Shown here one piece after another: positions 18,554 through 31,564 of a DNA stretch of 64,000 nt. The stretch is from contig CM074814.1 in NCBI GenBank assembly GCA_037447605.1, forward strand, positions 1,302,001 to 1,366,000. The letters are read 5' to 3'. The notes below the pieces were generated by a model. That model worked only from the letters and a program-made list of their open reading frames with translations. It was not told the origin of the DNA and searched no databases. Source of the DNA: Zygnema circumcarinatum SAG 698-1b (Eukaryota; Plantae; Zygnematophyceae). The position numbers were made by a program, and so were the translations under genes. Numbering within the stretch: position 1 is the first letter of the stretch; each line of letters starts with the position of its first letter.

Positions 18554-19713
18554 AAGCTCTGGGAGGAGCAGTGAGATTCCCTTTGTAACGGCAGCCGAGA
18601 CCAGGATCCGTGAATAAGCACGCGTTTTGTATGTGAATCTGTCTTTTTGATGTTCTGCACGTCACACTTTGTGATTGTAATACCGGTATGGAAACTTTGG
18701 AGCATCTGCATTGATCCGCGCCTGGTCTCAGTTTCTCCGCCTATTGCCCTTCAGGACGGTGTTGCTGATTGCGAGCCAAGGCTGTGCCACTTGGGCACTT
18801 TGTAGATAGAGCATACGCTGCAGGCTTCAGTAGAGAGATGGGCCACACTTGCAGATGCTGAGAGTGAAGAACAGCGAGGCATTCTGGCACTGTCACATTG
18901 TGGGCGCGCTTAGAGAGAAGATATTGAAGGCCAGCACAAGCGCGCCAAAGCCTATGTCGATGTGTAGAGATGCCCTAAATTTTTGATCTGTTTGTTGCAT
19001 CAATCAATCTGTTTGAGGATGAAGCTTGTGTTGTTTGTTGTTGCAGTTGTGCGATCATGCTGTTGTGGTGCTCCTGATGTGAGCTAGGAAATGGCAGCCC
19101 CTAGGTGGGATCAATGGGATGGCAAACTCGCCCTCATGTTCATGAGATGGTGTGCTGTGTGTTTAATATGCCAAAAATTGAACTTTGAACAAGATTCGAT
19201 GGATACTGGGAGACGGAGGTAGGAGTAGGTGAAAGTGGGGCGAGAGAGAGAGAGAGAGAAAAAAGGTGAGACCTGAGAGTTCCTTTGTGTGGACTCATAA
19301 GTGACACAAGCAGCGTCATAAGGAGCAGTTGAAATGAGCGAAGAAGACACGCACCACAATGGAAATTAGGGCCCTTGCCTCAATACAACACTAAAACAAG
19401 AGTGTCAGGAAGGTAAGAAGTGAGACATGAGAACAAAAATAACTGCTGCCAATCAATAAAATCTTGGCAGTCTCCTATCTTCGCAGTGGAGGGAACTGGG
19501 GGCTTGAAACGCATCCAAGAGGATGCACTACCAAATCAAGTGGTTAGGTTGAATCACAGCCTTAAGGTCTCAAACTATGTACAGCTTTTCACTGAACTTC
19601 AAAGACACGCAAAGAGGCGCTGCTCTACACATCACACGGAGGATGTCAACCACTGAGTACACACACTCCATTTGGAGCCTGAAGGCTTCCTTCCATGGAG
19701 AATAAACAATGCA

Positions 19714-21069
19714 CTAAGAAGAATTGTTGACCCGTGCCGCTTCATCGACCCATTCTGAATATCTGCAAGACAAGCACAGGAAGAACCCCTAGTCAGCTTC
19801 AACAAAGCAGCTGGTGTGAGAGGCGAGACCTTGCCAGCAGAGCCCAAGTCAACGAATGGCTTCTTTGCCTTCTATTCGAGTAAAGCAAAATGGATCTAAA
19901 CTGATGCACTGCGTGCCCCATATGCAAGAAATCTGTTTTAAAAAGTTAAGAGTCCCCGTCCATAGATCAATAAGTTCTAAAAAATGCTGTCACAAGCATC
20001 GGAAGCAGTAGCGATGAAGAATTTCGAGAGAGGGCAATGCTGCAGGATAGTGCAAGCTGTGCAAAAACAGAGCAACAGTCCGTTTCTGCATGGTGCTTGC
20101 CATGGAAAGAGGAAGCCACTTTACAGGCTACTCCTCTGACTGCCACTGCCTTGCTATGCAAATGGGAGAAAAAACACTTACACATCTACAGCTTCTGATA
20201 AATCTGCAAAACAACAGCCCACCCCACCCAAAGTTTTTTTCGGTTTAGTGATATGAAGCTGCTTCAACCCACTTTCACAACCTTGGCTGGAAACTGAGAG
20301 TGTGCAGAGCCTGTTCAAGTTCACCAGAACATTATGTTGGTTGAATAGACAACTAAACAGTCATCAGAATTTTGACAGAATAGGATCAAACAACAGGCAG
20401 CACTATCTAATCTGCAAGTCACTTCAGATTATGAGCTTCAACAATTCAACTTTCAACTGCATTCGCAATTGACCGACAATCGCAACAAAGGCCATCCGCA
20501 AATCCAGAAGTGTGTCCAACTACGTATTCTTGGCAGGCAAACCACTGCATTGCCAGAGTCTTAACCCCTGTATTAGCTCCTACAAAATCTCCAATTAAGG
20601 TCTCCAAAACATTCCATATCGAAATTACTCAATTCAATATTCATTCAATCTTGGAGCACTTACTGTCAATGGTAGTCCGGAATTCTTCATTGCATATTCT
20701 ACAGCTCACAGTTCCGATACCAGCTACTCGATCTCTGGCCCATGAACCCCTCCCATTCAAAAGCTGCAAAGGAAGCTTGTACATTTTCGCAACGCCATGA
20801 AGGATATCGATAGTAGAAAGAAGAAGAAGACAGAATTTTTTGCAGGTTCTGATATTCTGGCGATCCTCCCTTCACCTCCACCACTGCAGACATAATTAAG
20901 TTCATTGGGCTAACCACCGGCTATCAGCAGCATGAATTTTCAAGGGAAAAAATGCTTACAGGCGAGCCTCAACCGTGGCTTCATGGTTGCAGAAAGGGCA
21001 GTTGAATATGGTAGGCACCTTCTGAACTTCTTTCTTTGGAGGAGGCTTGGAAGACTTCCTTTTACCCAT
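19714..21069 (-). CDS. ELF1: Transcription elongation factor Elf1 zinc ribbon
   Basis: Exons 21069-20960, 20734-20664, 20203-20182 and 19762-19714 give [83 protein letters not shown]. Confidence 0.96.
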
Positions 21070-21922
21070 CGTCTTCAGCTCGCAGAAAACTTCCGTCCAG
21101 AATCGTCCCCACTTTTAGGGTTGCAGCTCGCCGGCCCTCTCCTCCCTCCCTCTCCCCCTCCACTTCTCACTCCTGTCTCCCTCTCCCTCTCCCGCGCACT
21201 ACTACGCGCGCCCGCGCGTCCCCGTCGCCATAGCCGCCATACGTTCGTTTCAGTCTTTTTCTTTTTTCAGTTTGCGCTTCTTTCTACTTTCGGACCTTCT
21301 TCAGGAGCTCCCCTTTGGGTTTACTGCTGCTCGTTCTAAAGAGATTCCTTGGCAAGGCAAGGTATGATTGTGTGATTAAAAGACCTTTTTCGTCCTATCT
21401 GTCTTTCATTAGCTGCAAAAATACGTACACGGAGCCTTCAGATTTAGGGTGAACTCCCCTTGTGTCCTGTTCTTACGGGAACTGACATCGTCGCATTGCA
21501 TTGGATTAGGGCTTTGGCTTGTCTTCAGTGGTGATTGACGATGGCAGTTGTTCAGAAAAATCTTTCATTGAGGGGTCCCTATGAACTCCCCTGTTGTGCA
21601 TGGATGAGAGAGCTTGTTATGTGTGATCATTGGAAATTCTTCTGAGCGTCAGGCGTGAACACTGGTCTGAATTTATTGGAAGTCTTGTCTAACTTTTGGC
21701 TTTTGTCTAATGGTAGGAGGCTTTTCCTATGCGTATTCTTCACTAGTAATTGCAATAGAAGTATTACGGGCAGCTGAAGGGTGTCGAATTCCGCGAAGCT
21801 GTAAGTTTCTGCTGAAGTTGAATGATTGTGCTGAAGGGCGGTTCTATTCATAGATATTCTGTACAACTGTCTGTGCAGCTCCATCAGGTGTTGAAAGCAG
21901 CGTCTGTTCGAGAGTGAATGCG

Positions 21923-22279
21923 ATGGTGAACCCATGGTGGGGACTAGCGGGTATCACGTTGCCAGCCATTCTTATTCGCAATGTGTTGTCAGCGAAGGGC
22001 ACAAAGGAGGAAGAACGAACAAGGGGCCGTGAGAGCAATGCAACCAGTGAACCTTTTGTATGCGAGCGAGTTTGCACTTCTAAACGAATGCTCAACAAAG
22101 TTGGCCCCTTCTCAAAGGATCCCACTCCAAATACTTGTGTCACAGTTTGTGGCGTATCTGAGGTGGATGCCTGCACTGAGGCCTGCAGGATGTCAGTTTG
22201 TGTGAATCAGCATCATGTGCCGAATTGGAACGATGTCTGCATGAGACGGTGCTCGGATGAGTGCCTTAAGCTTAGATGA
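21923..22279 (+). CDS. Conserved Cys-rich plant protein (At5g64816-like)
   Basis: Single-exon ORF containing FVCERVCTSKRMLNKVGPFSKDPTPNTCVTVCGVSEVDAC...VCVNQHHVPNWNDVCMRRCSDECLKL. It is divergent from ELF1, with a probable 5'UTR intron starting near 21361. Confidence 0.88.
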   Translation: MVNPWWGLAGITLPAILIRNVLSAKGTKEEERTRGRESNATSEPFVCERVCTSKRMLNKVGPFSKDPTPNTCVTVCGVSEVDACTEACRMSVCVNQHHVPNWNDVCMRRCSDECLKLR

Positions 22280-22890
22280 TGAGGCGCTTGAGGGAGGAGG
22301 CTTCCTTGCTGGAGCATGTCAATGTGTCTCAACCGACAGAGGAGTAAGTTTCAACCAGAACCACGAGCAAACGTAGGCAGCAAAGAACTAGAGTGAGTAG
22401 AGATCATTTGTGACTTACAGGATCGCCTGGTTGGAGGACCACTTATTTCTTTCTTAGAATGGAGGCCTAATGCTTGAAGCAGTGTCATTACCAATCGTAA
22501 CTAGAGTCTTGTGGAAGCACCTCTAATGACTTAGCTATTGGTCGCTTATGAGAAAGTTCCTTGTTTTCAGTTTTGAGGCCCTTGGATTGTGCCTAGGAGC
22601 ATGCATGTTTTGGATTTCTCCCGTTACAGTTTCTAGAGCTAATTGAGGCTATTTTTGGTTTGTCCACTATTTCTTGGTTTTTCTGAACAAGTAATTTCTG
22701 GCATTGTCAGTGTTGCTCTCAAATTTTGTCCAATTTAGCTCTACCCAATGCTGTATAGCCCGATGGCATTTTCTCAAGGGAGAATTTTTGGTAATACCTA
22801 TAAACATCCCTCTCTCCCTTTCCTGTCTCCTTGTTCCTCGCCCCCTTTTTTCTCCCTCTCGCACTTTTCCTTTTCCACTGTAAACTTGAT

Positions 22891-23194
22891 CCTCTCCCTC
22901 CCCTCCCCCTCCCCCTCCCCTCCCCTCCCCCTCCCCCTCCCCCTTCCCCTTCCCTTCCCCTTCCCCCTCTCCTCCCCCTTCCCCTTCCCCCTCTCCTCCC
23001 CTCCCCCTCCCCCTCCCCCTCCCCCCTCCCCCTCCCCCTCCCCCTCCCCCTCCCCCTCCCCCTCCCCCTCCTCCCCTCCCCCTCCCCCTCCCCCTCCCCC
23101 TCCCCCTCCCCCTCCCCCTCCCCCTCCCCCTCCCCCTCCCCCTCCCCCTCCCCCTCCCCTCCCCTCCCCTCCCCCTCCCCCTCCCCCTCCCCCT
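22891..23194. repeat. (CCCCTC)n pure pyrimidine tract
   Basis: About 300 bp of near-perfect CCCCTC/CCCCT repeats; the minus strand is (GAGGGG)n. Confidence 0.95.
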
Positions 23195-23865
23195 GCTCGG
23201 AACGCAACTGCCAACTGCCTCAAAAAGCCTAAAAAGGTATGCTACTGCTCTTTTTATACACATGAGAAATTCAAAATTCTACAACTGCAAATCAGGTCCA
23301 AAAGTACACAACGATACTAAAACATCACAGCTGAGGTAAAGGTCGCAAAACTTTGAAATACTAATGGTAGATGTGTATCATTCTGTCGCCGCAAGGACGT
23401 CAGTATTTACAGTAATTTCTACAGGTGTCATCGCCTCCTTCAAATCTTGCCTGTAAGATTGAGTTTGTGCAAACAGTGGCATAGAACATGGAGAGCTCCA
23501 GAGTGGAGGTGGTGGAGGTTTGGCAGTAAACAATAACAACAACCCTAAAATACCGTCCGTTTGTAACAGTAACAGTCCGCTGACTGACCGCACTGGCGAC
23601 CTATGGAGATTAGAGACTACGAGCGTGATGCTCTATGCTAGCCAGTTCAAAAACCCGTTAAACGGCGCTCAATTCATACGACCATTTCTATGAAAGAGTC
23701 CGAAACCGCGATATTCGAGTGCACCTTCGCTAAAAGGCTTTCCGTACAGTTCCGGTTTGTGGGAGAAAATTGCAAACCGTGATCCGGTTGCAAACCGGGC
23801 GGCCCAAAACCCCGCTTTCCCAGGACCTTACATGATCGTACAATGCCGTACAATACCTTACCGTA

Positions 23866-24067
23866 CAGTAGGACCCCATCATATTTTCCACCTACATTTG
23901 GCAAAAATCGGGCGAAAATATTGTTTTTGGCAAATATAAGGTCCGTGTTACCAATAGGCGAGCGGAATTATGTTAGAGTTCATGTATGTCCGTGGGCCGC
24001 TGTATCATTTTCCCGAATTTATTGGTGACGCAAATGTTGAGGTGGAAAATATGATGGGGTCCTACTG
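23866..24067. mobile_element. MITE family 1 (pogo/Tc1-mariner-like), short copy
   Basis: TA|CAGTAGGACCCCATCATATTTTCCACCT ... AGGTGGAAAATATGATGGGGTCCTACTG|TA. The TIRs are perfect and the element ends about 73 bp upstream of ATG 24141. Confidence 0.88.
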
Positions 24068-24140
24068 TACTGTGAGTCGACTGCCGTTGGAAACCTTTGA
24101 GCTCCGGCGCAATCTTGCAGAGGCTGCCGCGCGAGGAGCC

Positions 24141-27100
24141 ATGGCTGCCGCTTGGAAGACAGGCGGCGGCTCCTTCCTTGCTGGCGTGGCACCTGCAGAT
24201 GCACATCGAAAGGCAGCTTTCGTTACTGGATGCATTCGCAGGGATGATTCCCGCTCGCAAGGATTTTGCTTTGCAGTGAAAGATAGCAACTTCTTGGGCC
24301 TGGAGGTGAGGAGGGCCTATGGATGCATATTCAAGGAGATGTTGAAGCTGGAGAAATTTCTTTGTTGATTTTATTTTCTGAAAGGTCTGCAAGGCCTTCA
24401 GGGAGGACTTCGGAGGTTTCATGGTCCTTTGGTTCATATATCCTGTATATACTTTTCGTATATGCTGGTGCATGGTTTCTTTTGACGAGCTCCAAAACGT
24501 CTGATTAGGAATCATGTGTTTGGACAGAAGAGTAAAACATGGATCCGCCATGGTCCTTCCTCAACTGCGCGCAGAGCAAAATTCCAGCAATTCGAGCGCA
24601 AAGAAAGGGTCGGAGGAGACGACGTTGCCGTAGAAGCACCCAGTTCTGAAGGCGAGGAGGATACGCGAGCTGACGAGTGCGTGTCCTGCCGCTTCTCTTG
24701 TATGTCAGGATGTCACCTTAAATGGCATTTCTGTCTGCGGTCATCTGCAATGCAGAGGGCAATTGAATAGACACTTCACTGCATATAGAGCTGCCCGTTG
24801 CCTTCTGTAGCATCCATATTCTTGTTCCGAATGACAGGAAAATTGTGATAGTAAGAGTGCTGAAGGTTTATTGTCAGTATTAAGGTTCAGTTTTAAGTAT
24901 GTGCTGTTTTTTTTTCTAGAAATTACTTGCTCTTGTTATTCTGGACGATGATGAACAAGCTCCGCGGGAAGTCTGTCGCTTGGCAAGGAAATCATTTGCT
25001 TGCAAGGCAAGCATTGGAGCATCTGGATGTATTGCAATTTATTTTCTCACATTTTGTGGACTTCGGGATTGTGTGCAGCGTGCTTCCTAATGATTTGGAT
25101 GGAGCGGTTCTTCAGGCCAGCAAGGCAGCTTCCCTTTTTGCTTTGGCAGGAGGGTCCAGAGGCATTGTACGGTCGTAACTCCTGAAATAACCTCCTCCCG
25201 TATGCTGCGTCTCTGCTATACTTCATGCTTTGATTTCTACCACACCATCAAAGGAAATTATATTTCCAATTTATCCGCCGTTTCGAAACCTGGAATCCAC
25301 GACTTCTGTTTTTCTTTGTGATGGACGCTTGTAGCACTTGGATGTGCTCATTCAACTGCGACGCGAAAGCAGCATAGCTGTATATTCTTGAAACCATAGA
25401 TCAACCAGACGTCAGTAGAAATCTCTGTTCACTTCGCTTGGGGTGTCATGAACTCCACGAGGAATCCTCCGTGGAGCACTGATTTTGCCTTTTTGATAGC
25501 TTGGCCATGGTTCACGTGTCAGTTCATTTTATGTTCTGTAGATAAGTGTTTTCCTATTTCGTGTGCTATGCCTGCAAGAGAGTTTGGCGCGGAGGCCGAG
25601 CATGACATCCAGAACTTTGTTGTCCTGCAAATTCATTTCCGCACAGAGCACAGTGGGCCGGTCAACCAGCCCCTACTTGGAGAGAGCTTCCTTGTTAGGG
25701 TTGTCATGGCCCTACAGTTAGTCTTGAAAGCCTGAATCTGCAAGTCGATTGAATGCTATATCGGTCATTTCCTTATCATTTTTGTTATTCTCTTCACTTC
25801 CCACCTCTCCTTCACCCAGCGTACTTCCTTTCGTAATGTCCTTTAACTCTTTTCGCTGTTTTGCAGAAGATAATTTTTGAACCCCACAGCAGAAAGTATC
25901 TCCGCAGTAAAATTGTAGCCATTTTTTGTTGTGCTTGAGAATGTAGGAATTGTTTGAAGCTGTCGGTTTGTTTGTTAAAGAAGTGGCGACCATGGGGCGA
26001 GGTCTTTCAGGTGGAATTGCAAGTACCAGAATTAGAGAACCTGACAGATGAAGGTGCCCAACAGCGTGTGTGGGACTGCGCGAGGCTTTTCTTGGATAGC
26101 TTTCAAAATGATCTGGGTGGACAGGTATGCAATCAGTCGCTTTCAGTAATTAGACATATATGTGGTGGCCTGCAACTGGCCAGGAACTTCTGAATTTCAT
26201 TTCCCCGGTCTTTTACCTCTGACTGCGGTTTCGCTGCACAATACTGAGACAAGAAGCCGAGGGTTTTTTTGCTATTTTGAGGTGGCAATATCATGTTGCA
26301 ATCAGAACTGACAATGCAGCAGTGTAGATATTGAACGGTTAGAAAATCTGAAGGGTTCTCAGCCAGTTTTGGCAGTGGCTCCTTTGCAGAAAGTGAAGGC
26401 CATCTTCCCAGATGCTGGAGCAGCAGCAATGTTGAGATACAGATGGGTTGACGCACCCTTTTCCATTGCCAGGTATGGCTCTAGTAGCTCCAGTTGAAAA
26501 TTTTATTGAAGGAACTGCATTTTCTGCATATTATGAATTGGGATTCAAGCTGCAGCCTTGCAAAGTTCAGTCCTCCATTGAATGACTGGATAGGATTCCT
26601 TCTTCTGGACGCTTTGATCTGAAGGACTCAACTATTGTGGACACCTCATGGGGCGGGGAAGGTTAGTCTGAATGACCGAAAACCAGTGGATGCCGATGAT
26701 GAGGCTGTGGTGCTGGTGGCTCCGGACTTCCAAATGCTTGAAAGGGTGGAGCGTATTGCAGCAGATCTGAGAAACGCAGATGGCTTGGTGAGATCTAATA
26801 TCTTTCATTGCCTCTGCATAAGTGCTGAATGAGGGCTTTGGGGCAAATAAAAAATGGGGACTTCGTTGGAACGTGGATAGTGGGTTGCGTTAATGTCGGA
26901 GATTTGTTGTTGCTCGAGTCTTATCATTCCTTATCTTGAGTAAGGTGTATGTAAAGTTTCATTACGCTTAAGTTCTGTATTTTCAACCTGGCAAATGATT
27001 TCTGCATTCCATGGCCCCTGGATAGAATCGGCTGCGACTTGTCCCTTGACAGCTTTGAAAGCTTTCAAATGTGAATGTATTGTCACTACAATACTTCAAA

Positions 27101-28472
27101 TTTTTAACAAGCCATAGGGACTGCTGTACAGCCTCGCCCATTGTTGATGTGGAACCCCCGGCTTATCAGTGGGGATGTGGGTGTCGGCCTCAATGTGCGC
27201 CGCCTCCGCGAAAGCTTCCTAAGGTTGGTTGAATAACTATGACTAGTAACTTATTGGCCAAAGGTTTTGCGTTTCTTCAAGTGTAGCTGGTTCAACTCCG
27301 AGAGCTGAGTTGAGCTGACTTTTGCTTAATGAGCTTGTTTAAAAAAGTCAAAATGTAAGTCTGGCATCAGTTACAGGGGTACGGTTATGATTTGGCAATG
27401 ATTTGAGTGTGGGCTTCTCACAACATGGCTTCATTGTTTCTTGACAGCTCCTTCACTTGTATTTATTTGCTCCGACCTCTCTCAGTGGGCGCTATTTATC
27501 GCTGTTATCCGGGGTATGCATTCGTGAAGCCCATCCAAAACATGGCTTAATCAATTTGGAAATATGTGTTTCTTAATCAGAACGGATGACTGAAAAAGAC
27601 CATGGGTTGAATGAGCGACGGCTGCAATATACTTTGGACAGTAAACTTTATAGATAATTCTAATGCTGCATGTCTCAGATAAGTCATAAGTTGAGGGGGC
27701 AGATGGCACTTTGTTGGCAGGCTGCCACCCTTCGTTTTTCCAACTGCTCCTCAACTATATGGGAAAACTCATAATTCTTCTGCGTTTCAAACCAGACGAC
27801 AAGCCAATATACAGAGAAAAAGAGAGATCCCACAGGACTGCGTCTGTTGGTCGGGACTAATGTTGAGGGAGGGTTGGAGCATTGAACAGTTTGTTCAAAA
27901 TGTTTCTGGATGATCCCGCGAAACCAGGCCGCTACCTCCTCTACAGAGAGCAGGAAAACCGGCCCGACCTCGATGACATTGAGGTGAGCACATAGGGTTG
28001 CCCGGACTTACTCCTTTTCACGGTAATATGTTAAAGGTTAATGGAAACTCTTCCTTTTCTGCGTGTTGTGGTAAATCCAACACTGGTCGCATTGTCAAAG
28101 TTTGAGTAGTTATCCATGCCAGAGGTACAGGACAGACTAAACTTCCCTGACCCCGTACTTTCAGTCGGTTCAGAAGTGGCATAATCTGCAAGGCTTGAGC
28201 AAAACAAGGGATCCTTTTAGGCATGTTTTCTACCATTCAAGTGAATGATTCTGAAATGCTACATATTGAATAGCTTGCTCTCTTTCTTCTTCGGCATGTT
28301 CATACTGCGCCTCAATCACTGACTAAATGCGCATGTGGTGTCTGTGCAGTCTCTGGCGATGGCCATTCCGGGCGACGGAAGTGCAGACGACCCTGACGAG
28401 ATTTCGCCCATAACGAAGGCCCTCAACGTGTTTTCGTCCCTCTCACGCTTCATGAGATCACTCTCACAGTAG
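24141..28472 (+). CDS. DUF1995-family plastid protein (At5g27560-like), multi-exon
   Basis: Exons encode AVVLVAPDFQMLERVERIA, WNPRLISGDVGVGLNVRRLRESFL, YLLRPLSVGAIYRCYPG and FLDDPAKPGRYLLYREQENRPDLDDIE. The last exon 28350-28472 ends FSSLSRFMRSLSQ*. The 5' exon boundaries are less certain. Confidence 0.8.
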
Positions 28473-29628
28473 AGAAAGCTCTTGGTGCACAAGGGGGGAA
28501 ATCCAGCAGGGGGAAACTTCTCTTGGTCGACCTCTTGGCTGAGGAGTGTTATGCTCTCGTAACGTGTACTTGTGAACTGCCGTTCCATGTCTGTCGAGGG
28601 TTTCGGTAATTTCGGTCGTTCCTGTCCGAGGAGGCTGCGAATGCATAGAGAGATGTACCATCAACTGTTTGGCGGCACATATGTATCCTTGACGGCCTTA
28701 GGGTTCACAGTGTTTTTCCACCTGCTTTAGAAAAGAGCGCCATCAAGCCACCGAGTGGTTAGGGCATGGCGCTGGCTCTATGTTGAGCGTTGGAGTTCGG
28801 TGTTTGAGCCCAGAGCTCGTATAGAAATCATGAGAGTTATGTCGATAACTTTTGTATTGTACTGTACTTGATCCTTCAAAGCTTCTCAAAATTAGCATCA
28901 TCGCTTTAGATTTTTCTCACCTTTTGAAATTGTTCTTGTACGTCAAATCAGCAAATGCTTGACACTGTTTGTGCCATGCGACACCGGTACTGTATATGCA
29001 TACGACTCCATTCAGCCGTGCATGCGGCTGCATGCGACGCCGATGGAAACAGCGGTAAGCTTCCAGAAGGCTCTCCATGCAGCCCCTTTCTATCTCAGTC
29101 ATGAGCTGCGGATCTTCTGCTGGAAGCGATAGACAGTGTTTCCTGAACTGTCTTGTCTGTGTTCACCAAATATGACCTTCACCCCTGGGTCTTGAACATT
29201 GGTTCTTATACCAAGAAGGAGCTTCTATGGGGATTCAACTCAATTCAAGGCTGATATGAGGATTGAAATCTCGTACATAAGTGCTTGTGACATTTTAGAG
29301 GGTTTTGGGAACTCTCCCCTTTTAAGAACTTGAACAGAGTGTTGAGCTTTGCAAAATTGGTGTCTAAAAAATGTAAATGAAATGCTCCATGAGGAAAGTA
29401 GCATCTTTGATAGTGGAGGAAGATGTTGAGATTGAGCACCCGATGGTTAATTACCGTTAAAAACTCCCTCACGAACCGCCGGAAGGAGGCCGGAGGCAGG
29501 ATCCGGCTACTGGAAAGGACGCAGGTCTGCCAGTTCTTTATGCTCCAATGCACATCAACTAAACTGGAGGCTAAACTGACATGTATTCTATGGCAGACCC
29601 CCTTAATTCGTACGCTCCTTGAGAAGGC

Positions 29629-31564
29629 TCAGAGTAGTTTCAAGTGTCTGGTTACACTGTCCACAAGGTTCTTGGGACCTGCACACGAAAGCAAGCCGAC
29701 TTGGTAGAACCTGAGCGGGGTCCAAAGACATGCAGTTCTTGTCCTTACCTCAGACAACCCTTCAACCCACTGTTGATTACGGAGATCGACGTACGAAGAG
29801 AGTTGAAGAGGATGAAGAGGAGGAGGTGAAGGATCATTGGACCTATGATGAGAGTTTGAAAGTGATGTTTTGCCGGTGGTTTCTAGTTTAGAGCCCATTT
29901 GGAATAAGCAGGCGGCAGAGACACAAGCAAAGAGAAGGGCTTCCCTTCCACAGTGTTGCCTGCAATCTACAGACCACCCAGTACTGCACAGACCAAAAGG
30001 GGGGCATGTGGGGAGTAGTGAGACGCACCTGGACCTATCGCAAGCACTGTCTTGGAACCTGCTGCCACCTGTACCTCCCTCCACATGCACTCAGTTACAC
30101 CTAAAAACTGTCTAATGCACGCTTGATAAATCAGCAAACATCAAACTTTGCGTCGAAGATGAGGACAAACGACATTCACTTGAGTTCACAAAGTGAGAGC
30201 AAGTTTTTGAACATACTAATGAAACTTTGAAAGCAAGGGAAACAATCCAAAGTGCATGGGCCACCATGTTGCCGCCCTCTGCTAGTCTCCTCCTTCGTAA
30301 GTGGTCTGAGTTCTAAGGATGAGACGTTCAGGGCCTAAAGGAAGAGGGAGCACCTGCGTCCTCCCAGCATCAGTGATCACATGTGTAGGAAGGCCCTGCT
30401 GCTCCGCTCTCCCTTTCAGTTCATTCCTGCACCCTCCAACAAATAATAATCCCCTTTCATACACATTTTACTAACTCAAACAACGAGTTCAGCTCATTTC
30501 CGAGGTTCAAAGCAGCACTAGTGAATGTGTCAGAATTCTGGGATGGCTATTAAGCTCACATTTCTTGTTGGTTTTTGCAGGTCACTACAATTTTTGGCTG
30601 TCCACACTCCTCGTACCGCTGAAGGAGGCTTCGGTTCCTGCAACCCATTTTCCATTCCACTGAAATCAACACAGTAGGCACCTTTGGTAGCCAGTAAGGA
30701 ATGCGTCCTAAAGAGCTCCCTTCCCCCTCGTTTTCGTATCACTCCACAATTTTCAACATGACTCCCCTTCTGTGCCCTTACCGTGCGAAAAGGTCTCCGT
30801 ATATTCCAACCGCCGCATCTGTGATTTTCCACACCTCCAATAACAACAGAGAATTTCAACATAGAGGATACTAAAACTTGAATGCGAATTCGAATGCCAC
30901 AAAATCAGTGCCAGGGTTTTACTCTCTGTTAAGCTCAGCATTGAGAAAAGAAGGGCAGCGACTCACGTGCACATTGTGCAGCAACTTTCCCACTTCCCAT
31001 CTTCAGGTCTTGGCGTACCACCAACACCTGATCATTCAAAACAGTGCCAAAGGAAAACGCACAACAGTGAAGTGTGAGTGATGGGTGATGCAAAGGACAA
31101 GCCCAAGTTCCGGTACAAGTCAAAAACTTGAACAGTTAACCACGTACGTGGCTACACTGTCCCAAAAAAAGCATCCCCTCATCCTGACCAGTCAACCAAA
31201 CAACAAAGTTATCCGCATAGGCAAAAAATGACACCTGTTTAAAGCCAAGCTAAGCTAGAGGTGCTCACTGTCTGAGACTCACCATTTTTAACTCGGAGCT
31301 ATTGTTTGGTAAAATCCCTATTCTATCCCCGCTTCCGCTGGAGGAAGAATTCAACTTCTGAACTGTTGCCCCTCGCCCAATAGACCGTGGTTTGCTCTTC
31401 TTGCTTTCCCCCGAATTTCCTCTACTTCCAAGTTGGGACCGACCCCCTATTGCATGGCCTACCCAGCCGCCGATGATCGCTCCGACCAGCACACTGGGTG
31501 CAACCAAGACAGCTTTAGCCCAAAGGCTTTGCTCCTTATCAGATCCTCGACTTCCATCCTGCAT
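29629..31564 (-). CDS. PTH2: Peptidyl-tRNA hydrolase 2 (PTH2 family) with N-terminal TM segment; true start may lie further upstream
   Basis: KM|VLVVRQDLKMGSGKVAAQCA|HAAVG, RYEECGQPKIVV, LPTHVITDAGRTQ|VAAGSKTVLAIGP|GPKNLVDSVTRHLKLL*. The ATG at 31564 sits in a plausible splice acceptor (atgcag), so upstream coding exons are possible. Confidence 0.92.

Noticed and set aside
22667-23320. Poly-Pro, poly-Gly and GE/PS-repeat ORFs (extensin-like)
   Set aside because: All six frames of a stop-free (CCCCTC)n tract are open, and there is no signal peptide or splice context.
28683-28691. U12-type donor GTATCCTT
   Set aside because: It lies downstream of the DUF1995 stop, with no matching U12 branch point or coding context identified.
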